A program made the position numbers and the translations under genes. From NCBI GenBank assembly GCA_951406725.2, contig OX597830.1, forward strand, positions 44,268,001 through 44,332,000: a DNA stretch of 64,000 nucleotides, read 5' to 3'. The stretch comes from Octopus vulgaris. Its lineage: Eukaryota. Shown one piece after another: positions 26,629-38,070 of the stretch. The notes below the pieces were generated by a model. The model was not told where the DNA came from, made no database searches, and worked only from the letters and a program-made list of their open reading frames with translations. The number at the start of each line of letters is the position of its first letter. The stretch's first letter is position 1.

Positions 26629-27722
26629 CTAAAATTGATAGAAAAATTGGTATTTGTGAAAATCTACATGATAGGAATGAAGTAAAATAACGAAGTCAAG
26701 TTTAAGAGAAAATATTTTACAGTTTACATTTATCAATTTGTGTTGCAAGATTTCTGATGTGAAATTATGTTGAAACAGATATTTGTTGTCTTTCAGGATG
26801 GTCATTTCTTGCTTTCCTGTTGTCTGCCAAACAAACGCACACACTACATATTTGTTCTTCATTCATTTATTACCGTTCTTAAGACAGAGAGCTGGTAGAA
26901 TCATTAGCATGCCGGGCGAAATGTTTAGCGGTATTTTGTCTGTTTTTACATTCTGAGTTCAAATTCCACTGAGGTCGACTTTCCCTTTCATCCTTTCAAG
27001 GTTGATAAATTAAGTACCAGTTGTGTACTGGAGTTGATCTGATCGCCTGGCCCCCTCCCCCCAAATTTCAGGCCTTGTGCCTAGAGCAGAAAAGATTATT
27101 ATTATTACTATTATTGTTATTATCATTATTATTACTATCATTATCATGATTATTCTTATTATTAATAAGGTGGTGAGCTGGTAGAATCGTTAGCACGCTG
27201 GGTGAAATGCTTAGTGATATTTCATGTCTTTTATGTTCTGAGTTCAAATTCCGCCGAGGTTGACTTACCCTTTCATCCTTTCAGGATTGATAAATTAAGT
27301 ACCAGTTGCATACTGGAGTCGATCTTATCAACTGCCCCCCTCCCCCAAAATTTCGGGCCTTGTGCCCAGAGTAGAAAAGTTTACTGCTTTTATTTGACAT
27401 GAGTTAAAAAACAAATATAGTGTGTGTGTTTAATTGGCAAAAAAAAAAAAAATACTGTCCTGAAATACAACAATATTTGACAGTTTATAATCAGTCAGTT
27501 TTGGGTGGAGTGATAGAGTATGGCTTAGTGGTAAGGGTATTTGACTGCCAATCATAAGGTCATGAGTTTGATTCCTGGTGTTGCATTTGTGTCCTTGAGT
27601 AAAACACTTTATTCCATGTTGCTCCTGTGCACTCCCTGGCCAAAATGAGTAGTACCTGTATTTCAAAGGGTCAGCCTCATCATACACCGTGTCCTGCAGA
27701 ATCTCTCTGAGAACTACATTAA

Positions 27723-27951
27723 CCCTTTAGTATTCACTGTAACACTGTCAAATATAATGTTTGTTTATTTATATTGTTTAACAATATAAATGAATTTAAC
27801 ATGTACTATCTTGTAGTTTAGATAGTTTCATGTGATTGTTTAATTTTAGAATGACATTGTAGGGTTTGAGTGAGATGTATGATCTGGCCAGTTTCAACAT
27901 AAAACAGATTAAACATTTTGGTCGGATATGGCTGGCTTGAATGGTGAAGAG
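27723..27951. mobile_element. Second piggyBac-type MITE inserted in a SINE; a split sister copy spans 56063-58862
   Basis: TTAA duplicated. The empty site gagaactacgttaagggta is visible in the SINE copy at ~19730. Confidence 0.8.
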
Positions 27952-28154
27952 TTAAGAGTATGTATGTCTGTGGAATACTCAGCTACTTGGAAGCTAATTT
28001 CACGAGCAGGCTGTTCTATTGATTGGATCAACTGGAACACTCGTCATCATAGCCAACTGAATGCCAGTTTTATTGGGTAATCTATTTAAGAAGCCCCTGT
28101 GATTTTTTATCTGAAGAACATATGGACACTCAGCAGTCGCTTGATTAGTTAATA

Positions 28155-31100
28155 CAGTGGTTCCCAAACTGTGGTCCGTGGACTCCCGGTGGTCCTCAAA
28201 GGTAGTACTGAAGGGTCCTTGAACTAAATTCAAAATTTCATAAATATATATAGAAGCACAATTAAAGGTTACAAACCTCATTCAAGGATAGCAGAATCCT
28301 ATGAAAGTACTGGTTAATTACCTATACAAAGAGTATTGAACATTATATCTAATACTTCACTGCAAGGTAACTATTTAAACTGTGGTTTATATATATTTTA
28401 TTTATCATAATAATAAGATGAGAGAATAGAGAGGTAATTAATGAATTACTATTTATTAATTAATTACCTGATCAAAGAGGGTGCCGAAAGAGATCAAAGA
28501 GGAGTCCCGACCGAGATCAAAGAGGGTGCCGAAAGAGATCAAAGAGAATTCCCGAAAGAGATCAAAGAGGGTAACGAAAAAGATCAAACAGGGTACCGAA
28601 AGAGATCAAAGAGGAGACCCGAACGAGATCAAAGAGGGTGCCGAAAAAGATCAAAGAGGGTAACGAAAAAGACCAAAGAGGGTGCCGAAAGAGATCAAAG
28701 AGGGTGCCGAAAGAGATCAAAGAGGAGTCCCGAACGAGATCAAAGAGGGGTGCCGAAAGAGATCAAAGAGGGTGCCGAACGAGATCAAAGAGGGTGCCGA
28801 ACGAGATCAAAGCGGGTGCCGAAAGAGATCAAAGAGAAGTCTCGAAAGAGATCAAAGAGGGAAACGAAAAAGATCAAAGAGGGTGCCGAAAGAAATCAAA
28901 GAGGAGTGCCGACAAAGATCAAAGATGAGTGCCGAAAAAGATCAAAGAGGTGTGCCGACAAAGATCAAAGAGGAGTGCCGACAAAGATCAAAGAGGAGTG
29001 CCGACAAAGATCAAAGATGAGTGCCGACAAAGATCAAAGAGGAGTGCCGACAAAGATCAAAGAGGAGTGCCGACAAAGATCAAAGAGGAGTGTCGACAAA
29101 GATCAAAGATGAGTGCCGACAAAGATCAAAGATGGGTGTCGACAAAGATCAAAGAGGAGTGTCGACAAAGATCAAAGATGAGTGCCGACAAAGATGGGTG
29201 TCGACAAAGATCAAGGAGGAGTGCCGACAAAGATCAAAGAGGAGTGCCGACAAAGATCAAAGAGTAGTGCCGACAAAGATCAAAGAGGAGTGCCGACAAA
29301 GATCAAAGAGGAGTGCCGACAAAGATCAAAGAGGAGTGCCGACAAAGATCAAAGAGGAGTGCCGACAAAGATCAAAGAGGGTGCCGAAAGAGATCAAAGA
29401 GGGTGCCGAACGAGATCAAAGAGGAAGTGCCGAAAGAGATCAAGGAGGAGTGCCGACAAAGATCAAATAGGAGTGTCGACAAAGATCAAAGAGGAGTGCC
29501 GACAAAGATCAAAGATGAGTGCCGACAAAGATCAAAGATAGGTGTCGACAAAGATCAAAGAGGAGTGCCGACAAAGATCAAAGAGGAGTGCCGACAAATA
29601 TCAAAGAGGGTGCCAAAAGAGATCAAAGAGGAGTGCCGACAAAGATCAAAGACGAGTGCCGACAAAGATCAAAGAGGAGTGCCGACAAAGATCAAAGAGG
29701 GTGCTGAAAGAGATCAAAGAGGAGTGCCGACAAAGATCAAAAGGAGTGCCGACAAAGATCAAAGATGAGTGTCGACAAAGATCAAAGAGGAGTGCCGACA
29801 AAGATCAAAGAAGGTGCCGAAAGAGATCAAAGAGGAGTGCCGACAAAGATCAAAGAGGAGTACCGACAAAGATCAAAGAGGAGTGCCGAAAGAGATCAAG
29901 GAGGAGTGCCGACAAAGATCAAATATGAGTGTCGACAAAGATCAAAGAGGAGTACCGACAAAGATCAAAGATGAGTGCCGACAAAGATCAAAGATGAGTG
30001 CCGACAAAGATCAAAGATAGGTGTCGACAAAGATCAAAGAGGAGTGCCGACAAAGATCAAAGTGTAGTGCCGACAAAGATCAAAGAGGAGTGCCGACAAA
30101 GATCAAAGAGGAGTGCCGACAAAGATCAAAGAGGGTGCCGAAAGAGATCAAAGAGGGTGCCGAACGAGATCAAAGAGGAAGTGCCGAAAGAGATCAAGGA
30201 GGAGTGCCGACAAAGATCAAATAGGAGTGTCGACAAAGATCAAAGAGGAGTGCCGACAAAGATCAAAGATGAGTGCCGACAAAGATCAAAGATAGGTGTC
30301 GACAAAGATAATAGAGGAGTGCCGACAAAGATCAAAGAGGAGTGCCGACAAAGATCAAAGAGGAGTGCCGACAAAGATCAAAGAGGAGTGCCGACAAAGA
30401 TCAAAGAGGGTGCGAAAAGAGATCAAAGAGGTGTGCCGACAAAGATCAAAGACGAGTGCCGACAAAGATCAAAGAGGGTGCTGAAAGAGATCAAAGAGGA
30501 GTGCCGACAAAGATCAAAAGGAGTGCCGACAAAGATCAAAGATGAGTGTCGACAAAGATCAAAGAGGGGTGCCGACAAAGATCAAAGAGGAGTGCCGACA
30601 AAGATCAAAGAGGAGTACCGACAAAGATCAAAGAGGAGTGCCGAAAGAGATCAGGAGGAGTGCCGACAAAGATCAAATAGGAGTGTCGACAAAGATCAAA
30701 GAGGAGTACCGACAAAGATCAAAGATGAGTGCCGACAAAGATCAAAGATGAGTGCCGACAAAGATCAAAGATAGGTGTCGACAAATATCAAAGAGGAGTG
30801 CCGACAAAGATCAAAGTGTAGTGCCGACAAAGATCAAAGAGGAGTGCCGACAAAGATCAAAGAGGAGTGCCGACAAAGATCAAAGAGTGTGCCGACAAAG
30901 ATCAAAGCAGGTGCCGAAAGAGATCAAAGAGAAGTCTCGAAAGAGATCAAAGAGGGTAACGAAAAAGATCAAAGAGGGTGCCGAAAGAGATCAAAGAGGA
31001 GTGCCGACAAAGATCAAAGAGGAGTGCCGACAAAGATCAAAGATGAGTGCCGACAAAGATCAAAGAGGAGTGCCGACAAAGAACAAAGATGAGTGTCGAC

Positions 31101-34100
31101 AAAGATCAAAGATGAGTGCCGACAAAGATCAAAGATGAGTGCCGACAAAGATCAAAGAGGAGTGTCGACAAAGATCAAAGAGGAGTGCCGACAAAGATCA
31201 AAGAGGAGTGCCGACAAAGATCAAAGAGTAGTGCCGACAAAGATCAAAGAGGGGTGCCGACAAAGATCAAAGAGGAGTGCCGAAAGAGATCAAGGAGTGC
31301 CGACAAAGATCAAATAGGAGTGTCGACAAAGATCAAAGAGGAGTGCCGACAAAGATCAAAGATGAGTGTCGACAAAGATCAAAGATGAGTGCCGACAAAG
31401 ATCAAAGATGAGTGCCGACAAAGATCAAAGAGGAGTGCCGACAAAGATCAAAGAGGAGTGCCGACAAAGATCAAAGAGGAGTGCCGAAAAAGATCAAAGA
31501 GGAGTGCCGAAAAAGATCAAAGTGGGTACCGAAAGAGATCAAAGAGGAGTGCCGACAAAGATCAAAGGGGGTACCGAAAGAGATCAAAGAGGAGTGCCGA
31601 CAAAGATCAAAGAGGAGTGCCGACAAAGATCAAAGAGGAGTGCCGACAAAGATCGGTGTCGACAAAGATCAAAGAGGAGTGCCGACAAAGATCAAAGAGG
31701 AGTGCCGACAAAGATCAAAGAGGAGTGCCGACAAAGATCAAAGAGGAGTGCCGACAAAGATCAAAGAGGAGTGCCGACAAAGATCAAAGAGGAGTGCCGA
31801 CAAAGATCAAAGAGGAGTGCCGACAAAGATCAAAGAGGAGTGCCGACAAAGATCAAAGAGGGTGCTGAAAGAGATCAAAGAGGAGTGCCGACAAAGATCA
31901 AAGAGGAGTGCCGACAAAGATCAAAGATGAGTGTCGACAAAGATCAAAGAGGGGTGCCGACAAAGATCAAAGAGGAGTGCCGACAAAGATCAAAGACGAG
32001 TGCCGACAAAGATCAAAGAGGAGTGCCGACAAAGATCAAAGAGGAGTGCCGACAAAGATCAAAGAGGAGTGCCGACAAAGATCAAAGAGGAGTACCGACA
32101 AAGATCAAAGATGAGTGCCGACAAAGATCAAAGATGAGTGCCGACAAAGATCAAAGATAGGTGTCGACAAAGATCAAAGAGGAGTGCCGACAAAGATCAA
32201 AGTGTAGTGCCGACAAAGATCAAAGAGGAGTGCCGACAAAGATCAAAGAGGAGTGCCGACAAAGATCAAAGAGTGTGCCGACAAAGATCAAAGAGGTGCC
32301 GAAAGAGATCAAAGAGAAGTGCCGACAAAGATCAAAGAGGAGTGCCGACAAAGATCAAAGGGGGTGCCGAAAGAGATCAAAGAGGAGTGCCGACAAAGAT
32401 CAAAGAGGAGTGCCGACAAAGATCAAAGAGGGTGCCGAAAGAGATCAAAGAGGGTGCCGAAAGAGATCAAAGAGGGTGCCGAAAGAGATCAAAGAGGAGT
32501 GCCGACAAAGATCAAAGAGGGTGCCGAAAGAGATCAAAGAGGAGTGCCGACAAAGATCAAAGAGGAGTGCCGACAAAGATCAAAGAGGAGTGCCGACAAA
32601 GATCAAAGAGGAGTGCCGACAAAGATCAAAGAGGAGTGCCGACAAAGATCAAAGAGGAGTGCCGACAAAGATCAAAGGAGTGCCGACAAAGATCAAAGAG
32701 GAGTGCCGACAAAGATCAAAGATGAGTGCCGACAAAGATCAAAGATGGGTGTCGACAAAGATCAAAGAGGAGTGCCGACAGAGATCAAAGAGGAGTGCCG
32801 ACAAAGATCAAAGAGGAGTGCCGACAAAGATCAAAGAGGAGTGCCGACAAAGATCAAAGAGGAGTGCCGACAAAGATCAAAGAGGGTGCCGACAAAGATC
32901 AAAGAGGAGTGCCGACAAAGATCAAAGAGGAGTGCCGACAAAGATCAAAGAGGAGTGCCGACAAAGATCAAAGAGTGCCGACAAAGATCAAAGAGGAGTG
33001 CCGACAAAGATCAAAGAGGAGTGCCGACAAAGATCAAAGAGGAGTGCCGACAAAGATCAAAGAGGAGTGCCGACAAAGATCAAAGAGGAGTGCCGACAAA
33101 GATCAAAGAGGGTGCCGACAAAGATCAAAGAGGAGTGCCGACAAAGATCAAAGAGGAGTGCCGACAAAGATCAAAGAGGAGTGCCGACAAAGATCAAAGA
33201 GGAGTGCCGACAAAGATCAAAGAGGAGTGCCGACAAAGATCAAAGATCAGAGTGCCGACAAAGATCAAAGAGGGTGCCGACAAAGATCAAAGAGGAGTGC
33301 CGACAAAGATCAAAGAGGAGTGCCGACAAAGATCAAAGAGGAGTGCCGAAAGAGATCAGAGGAGTGCCGACAAAGATCAAAGAGGAGTGCCGACAAAGAT
33401 CAAAGAGGAGTGCCGACAAAGATCAAAGATGAGTGCCGACAAAGATCAAAGAGGAGTGCCGACAAAGATCAAAGATAGAGTGCCGACAAAGATCAAAGAG
33501 GAGTGCCGACAAAGATCAAAGATGAGTGCCGACAAAGATCAAAGAGGAGTGCCGACAAAGATCAAAGAGGAGTGCCGACAAAGATCAAAGAGGTGCCGAC
33601 AAAGATCAAAGCAGGTGCCGAAAGAGATCAAAGAGGAGTGCCGACAAAGATCAAAGGGGGAGTGCCGACAAAGATCAAAGAGGAGTGCCGACAAAGATCA
33701 AAGAGGAGTGCCGACAAAGATCAAAGAGGAGTGCCGACAAAGATCAAAGAGGAGTGCCGACAAAGATCAAAGAGGAGTGCCGAAAGAGATCAAAGAGGAG
33801 TGCCGAAAAAGATCAAAGAGGAGTGCCGACAAAGATCAAAGAGGAGTGCCGACAAAGATCAAAGAGGAGTGCCGACAAAGATCAAAGAGGAGTGCCGACA
33901 AAGATCAAAGAGGAGTGCCGACAAAGATCAAAGATGAGTGCCGACAAAGATCAAAGATGGGTGTCGACAAAGATCAAAGATGAGTGCCGACAAAGATCAA
34001 AGAGGAGTGCCGACAAAGATCAAAGAGGAGTGCCGACAAAGATCAAAGAGGAGTGCCGACAAAGATCAAAGAGGAGTGCCGACAAAGATCAAAGAGGGTG

Positions 34101-37100
34101 CCGAAAAAGATCAAAGAGGAGTGCCGAAAGAGATCAAAGAGGAGTGCCGACAAAGATCAAAGAGGAGTGTCGACAAAGATCAAAGAGGAGTGCCGACAAA
34201 GATCAAAGAGGAGTGTCGACAAAGATCAAAGATGAGTGCCGACAAAGATCAAAGAGGAGTGTCGACAAAGATCAAAGAGGAGTGCCGACAAAGATCAAAG
34301 AGGAGTGCCGACAAAGATCAAAGAGGAGTGCCGACAAAGATCAAAGAGGAGTGTCGACAAAGATCAAAGAGGGTGCCGACAAAGATCAAAGAGGAGTGCC
34401 GACAAAGATCAAAGAGGAGTGCCGACAAAGATCAAAGATGAGTGCCGACAAAGATCAAAGATGGGTGCCGACAAAGATCAAAGAGGAGTGCCGACAAAGA
34501 TCAAAGAGGGTGCCGAAAGAGATCAAAGAGTAGTGCCGATAAAGATCAAAGAGGAGTGCCGACAAAGATCAAAGAGGGTGCCGAAAGAGATCAAAGAGGA
34601 GTGCCGACAAAGATCAAAGAGGAGTACCGACAAAGATCAAAGAGGAGTGCCGACAAAGATCAAAGAGGAGTGCCGACAAAGATCAAAGAGGAGTGCCGAC
34701 AAAGATCAAAGAGGGTGCCGAAAGAGATCAAAGAGGGTGCCGAAAAAGATCAAAGAGGGTGCCGAAAAAGATCAGGAATGTTTGGAATGTCAGGAATGTC
34801 TGGAATGTCAGGAATGTTTGGAACGTGAGGAATGTCAGAGATCAAAGACGGTGCCGACAGAGATCAAAGAGTGTGCCGACAAAGATCAAAGAGGGTGCCG
34901 ACAAAGATCAAAAACGGTGCCGATAGAGATCAAGGAGTGTGCCGACAAAGATCAAATACGGTACCGACAAACGGTTCAAACTGGATCAAGCATGATCAAA
35001 CCGGTTCAAATGTCAGGAATGTCAGGGATGTCAGGAATGTCTGGAATGTCAGGAATGTCCCGAATGTCAGGAATGTCTGGAATGTTTGGAATGTCAGGAA
35101 TGTCTGAAATGTCAGGAATGTTTGGAATGTCAGGAATGTCTGGAATGTCAGGAATGTTTGGAATGTGAGGAATGTCAGAGATCAAATACGGTGCCGACAG
35201 AGATCAAAGAGTGTGCCGACAGAGATCAAAGATTGTGCCGACAGAGATCAAAGAGTGTGCCGACAAAGATCAAAGCGGGTGCCGAAAGAGATCAAAGAGA
35301 AGTCTCGAAAGAGATCAAAGAGGGTAACGAAAAAGATCAAAGAGGGTGCCGAAAGAGATCAAAGAGGAGTGCCGACAAAGATCAAAGATGAGTGCCGACA
35401 AAGATCAAAGAGGTGTGCCGACAAAGATCAAAGAGGAGTGTCGACAAAGATCAAAGAGTGTGCCGACAAAGATCAAAGAGGAGTGCCGACAAAGATCAAA
35501 GATGAGTGCCGACAAAGATCAAAGAGGAGTGCCGACAAAGATCAAAGATGAGTGCCGACAAAGATCAAAGATGGGTGTCGACAAAGATCAAAGAGGAGTG
35601 CCGACAAAGATCAAAGAGGGTGCCGAAAGAGATCAAAGAGGAGTGCCGACAAAGATCAAAGAGTAGTACCGACAAAGATCAAAGAGGAGTGCCGACAACG
35701 ATCAAAGAGGAGTGCCGACTAAGATCAAAGTGGGTGCCGAAAGAGATCAAAGAGGGTGCCGAAAAAGATCAAAGAGGGTGTCGAAAAAGATCAGGAATGT
35801 CAGGAATGTCTGGAATGTCTGGAATGTCAGGAATGTTTGGAACGTGAGGAATGTCAGAGATCAAAGACGGTGCAGACAGAGATCAAAGACGGTGCCGACA
35901 GAGATCAAAGAGTGTGCTGACAAAGATCAAAGACGGTGCCGACAGAGATCAAAGACGGTGCCGATAGAGATCAAGGAGTGTGCCGACAAAGATCAAATAC
36001 GGTACCGACAAACCGGTTGAAACCGGATCAAACCGGTTCAAACTGGATCAAGCATGATCAAACCGGTTCAAATGTCAGGAATGTCTGGAATGTCAGCAAT
36101 GTTTGGAATGTCAGGAATGTCTGGAATGTTGGGAATGTTTGGAATGTGAGGAATGTCAGAGATCAAATATGGTGCCGACAGAGATCAAAGATTGTGCCGA
36201 CAGAGATCAAAGAGTGTGCCGACAAAGATCTAAGACAGTGCCGACAGAGATCAAAGACGGTGCCGACAAAGATCAAGTGCGGTCCCGACAAACTGGTTCA
36301 AACCAGATCAAACCGGTCCAAACCGGTTTAAACCGGATCAAACCGGTTCAAACTGGATCAAGCCTGATCAAACCGGTTCAAATGTCAGGAATGTCAGGAA
36401 TTTCAGTAATGTCTGGAATGTCTGGAATGTCAGGAATGTCTGGAATGTAAGGAATGTCTGGAATATCAGGAATGTCTGGAATGTCTGGAATGTTTGGAAT
36501 GTGAGGAATGTCAGAGATCAAAGACGGTGCCGACAGAGATCAAAGAGTAGTACCGACAGTGATCAAAGACGGTGCCGACAGAGATCAAAGAGTGTTCCGA
36601 CAAAGATCAAAGAGGGTGCTGACAGAGATCAAAGACGGTGCCGATAGAGATCAAGGAGTGTGCCGACAAAGATCAAAGACGGTGCCGACAGAGATCAAAT
36701 AGTGTGCCGACAAAGATCAAATACGGTGCTGACAAACCGGTTCAAACCGGATCAAACTGGATCAAACCAGATCAAGCCGGTTCAAACCGGATCAAACCGG
36801 TTCAAACTGGATCAAGCCTGATCAAACCAGTTCAAATGTCAGGAATGTCAGGAATTTCAGGAATGTCTGGAATGTCAGGAATGTCAGGAATATATATATA
36901 ATATATATACTACTTCATTTTATTAAACACTGTAAGTATTACATCAGTTTTAAAATGTCGAGCAATCTTCAGTCACATATAGAATTTTCTAGTTAAACGG
37001 ACAATGCACATTCTTATTCCTATTTCATATATATATACACACACACATAAGGATAAGCATATTAAATGGGGTCTGTGGGAAAACTCATTTAAATAAAAGG

Positions 37101-37114
37101 GTTGGGAACCAATG
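28155..37114. mobile_element. hAT/Charlie-type non-autonomous element enclosing the satellite
   Basis: Left TIR CAGTGGTTCCCAAACT (28155); right TIR GGGTTGGGAACCAATG (ends 37114). The 8-bp flanks agttaata and ggccaaca differ by four transitions, so a decayed TSD is possible but weak. Confidence 0.65.
28470..36891 (+). repeat. 8.4-kb compound satellite: 23/22-bp (GATCAAAGAGGAGTGCCGACAAA / GATCAAAGAGGGTGCCGAAAGA), 9-bp (GGAATGTCA/CT/TT) and 10-bp (AAACCGGTTC/AAACYGGATC) units
   Basis: Directly visible tandem array in TRPM intron 26629-37277. About 330 22/23-mers, estimated from length divided by period. The 9-mer and 10-mer blocks are confined to 34775-36891. Confidence 0.98.
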
Positions 37115-37277
37115 GGCCAACACTTTCATTTTAGAAATACACGACACATAAAATTCTATAATATACAAGATTTTATTTGCACTTAAGGGATTAAGGAAAA
37201 AGATTTGGAAACTGTTGCAAACAGTTATTTTTCTGATAATAATGAGGATAATGATATATATATATTTATAGACTTAC

Positions 37278-37378
37278 TCAGCATGTTCCTGAAGTTTGAT
37301 CTTTTGGTCATAATCTTTAGACCGGAGTTTCAAGGACTTGAGCAATTTATTTGCGACTAAAGCAGATGGTAAAGCCTC
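37278..37378 (-). CDS. TRPM: TRPM exon: EALPSALVANKLLKSLKLRSKDYDQKIKLQEHA(D)
   Basis: Splice sites tactag|...|gtaagt; 101 nt, phase 0 to 2; ALVAxKLxxSL motif. Confidence 0.92.
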
Positions 37379-37831
37379 CTAGTAAAAGAAGCACTAAATG
37401 TTAACACATTGAAACAGGCAGAAGACGAATTAAACAACAACAATAACAATAACAACATGAAGAATGAAAATTGCTTTTGTTCTTTATTGATTAATTATGA
37501 ATTTAAATGTTGAAGTGAATCTAATAGTTTTTGTGTGTTTTTAAATGGCTTATAAACACCTTCCACGCTGCAATTGTTTTTATTCCAGCACACGATTTCA
37601 GATCAGGTCACATGCTATGCAAGTACATCTCCGTAATATGAATTTTAATGTTTCATATGAAACTATATACTTCTTCCTGGAAACATCAAAAAAGTTTTAA
37701 TAGGACATGGAACGATGAAAAGAGGTTGAATTATGAATGTCTGCATGTTTAAATGAGTCCATGAATTGAGTCACTCTATGCTCATTTATGCTCGGAGTGT
37801 TGAAAAAATGCAGTTTAAAATTGCATGAGTC

Positions 37832-38070
37832 AAATAAGCAAGCTGAGTCACATGGATAACCTGAGCTGTATGAACAAGATGAACTACATGAGCAAGCTGA
37901 GTAACATGAGTAAACTGAGCCACTTGTAAAAACTGAACCACATAAGCAAGTTAAGTTGTATGAGAAAGCTGAGCTACACGAGCAAGCTGAGCCACATGAC
38001 CAAGCTGAGCCACATGACCAAGCTGAACCACATGACCAAGCTGAACCACATGACCAAATTGAGCCATATC
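37832..38070 (+). repeat. 18-bp minisatellite (CAAGCTGAGCCACATGAC)n, degenerate
   Basis: About 13 copies, most homogeneous at the right end. Confidence 0.85.

Noticed and set aside
28470-34774. CRISPR-like array
   Set aside because: Units are head-to-tail with no unique spacers, there are no cas genes, and the context is a eukaryotic intron.
28441-36901. Dozens of long plus-strand ORFs (VPTKIKEECRQRSKRSADKDQRG repeats, up to 576 aa)
   Set aside because: The 23-mer has only two Ts and no stop, so all three frames give the same peptide. 22/23-bp indels shift frame freely and stop-creating variants (GATGAG) are common, so there is no sign of coding constraint.
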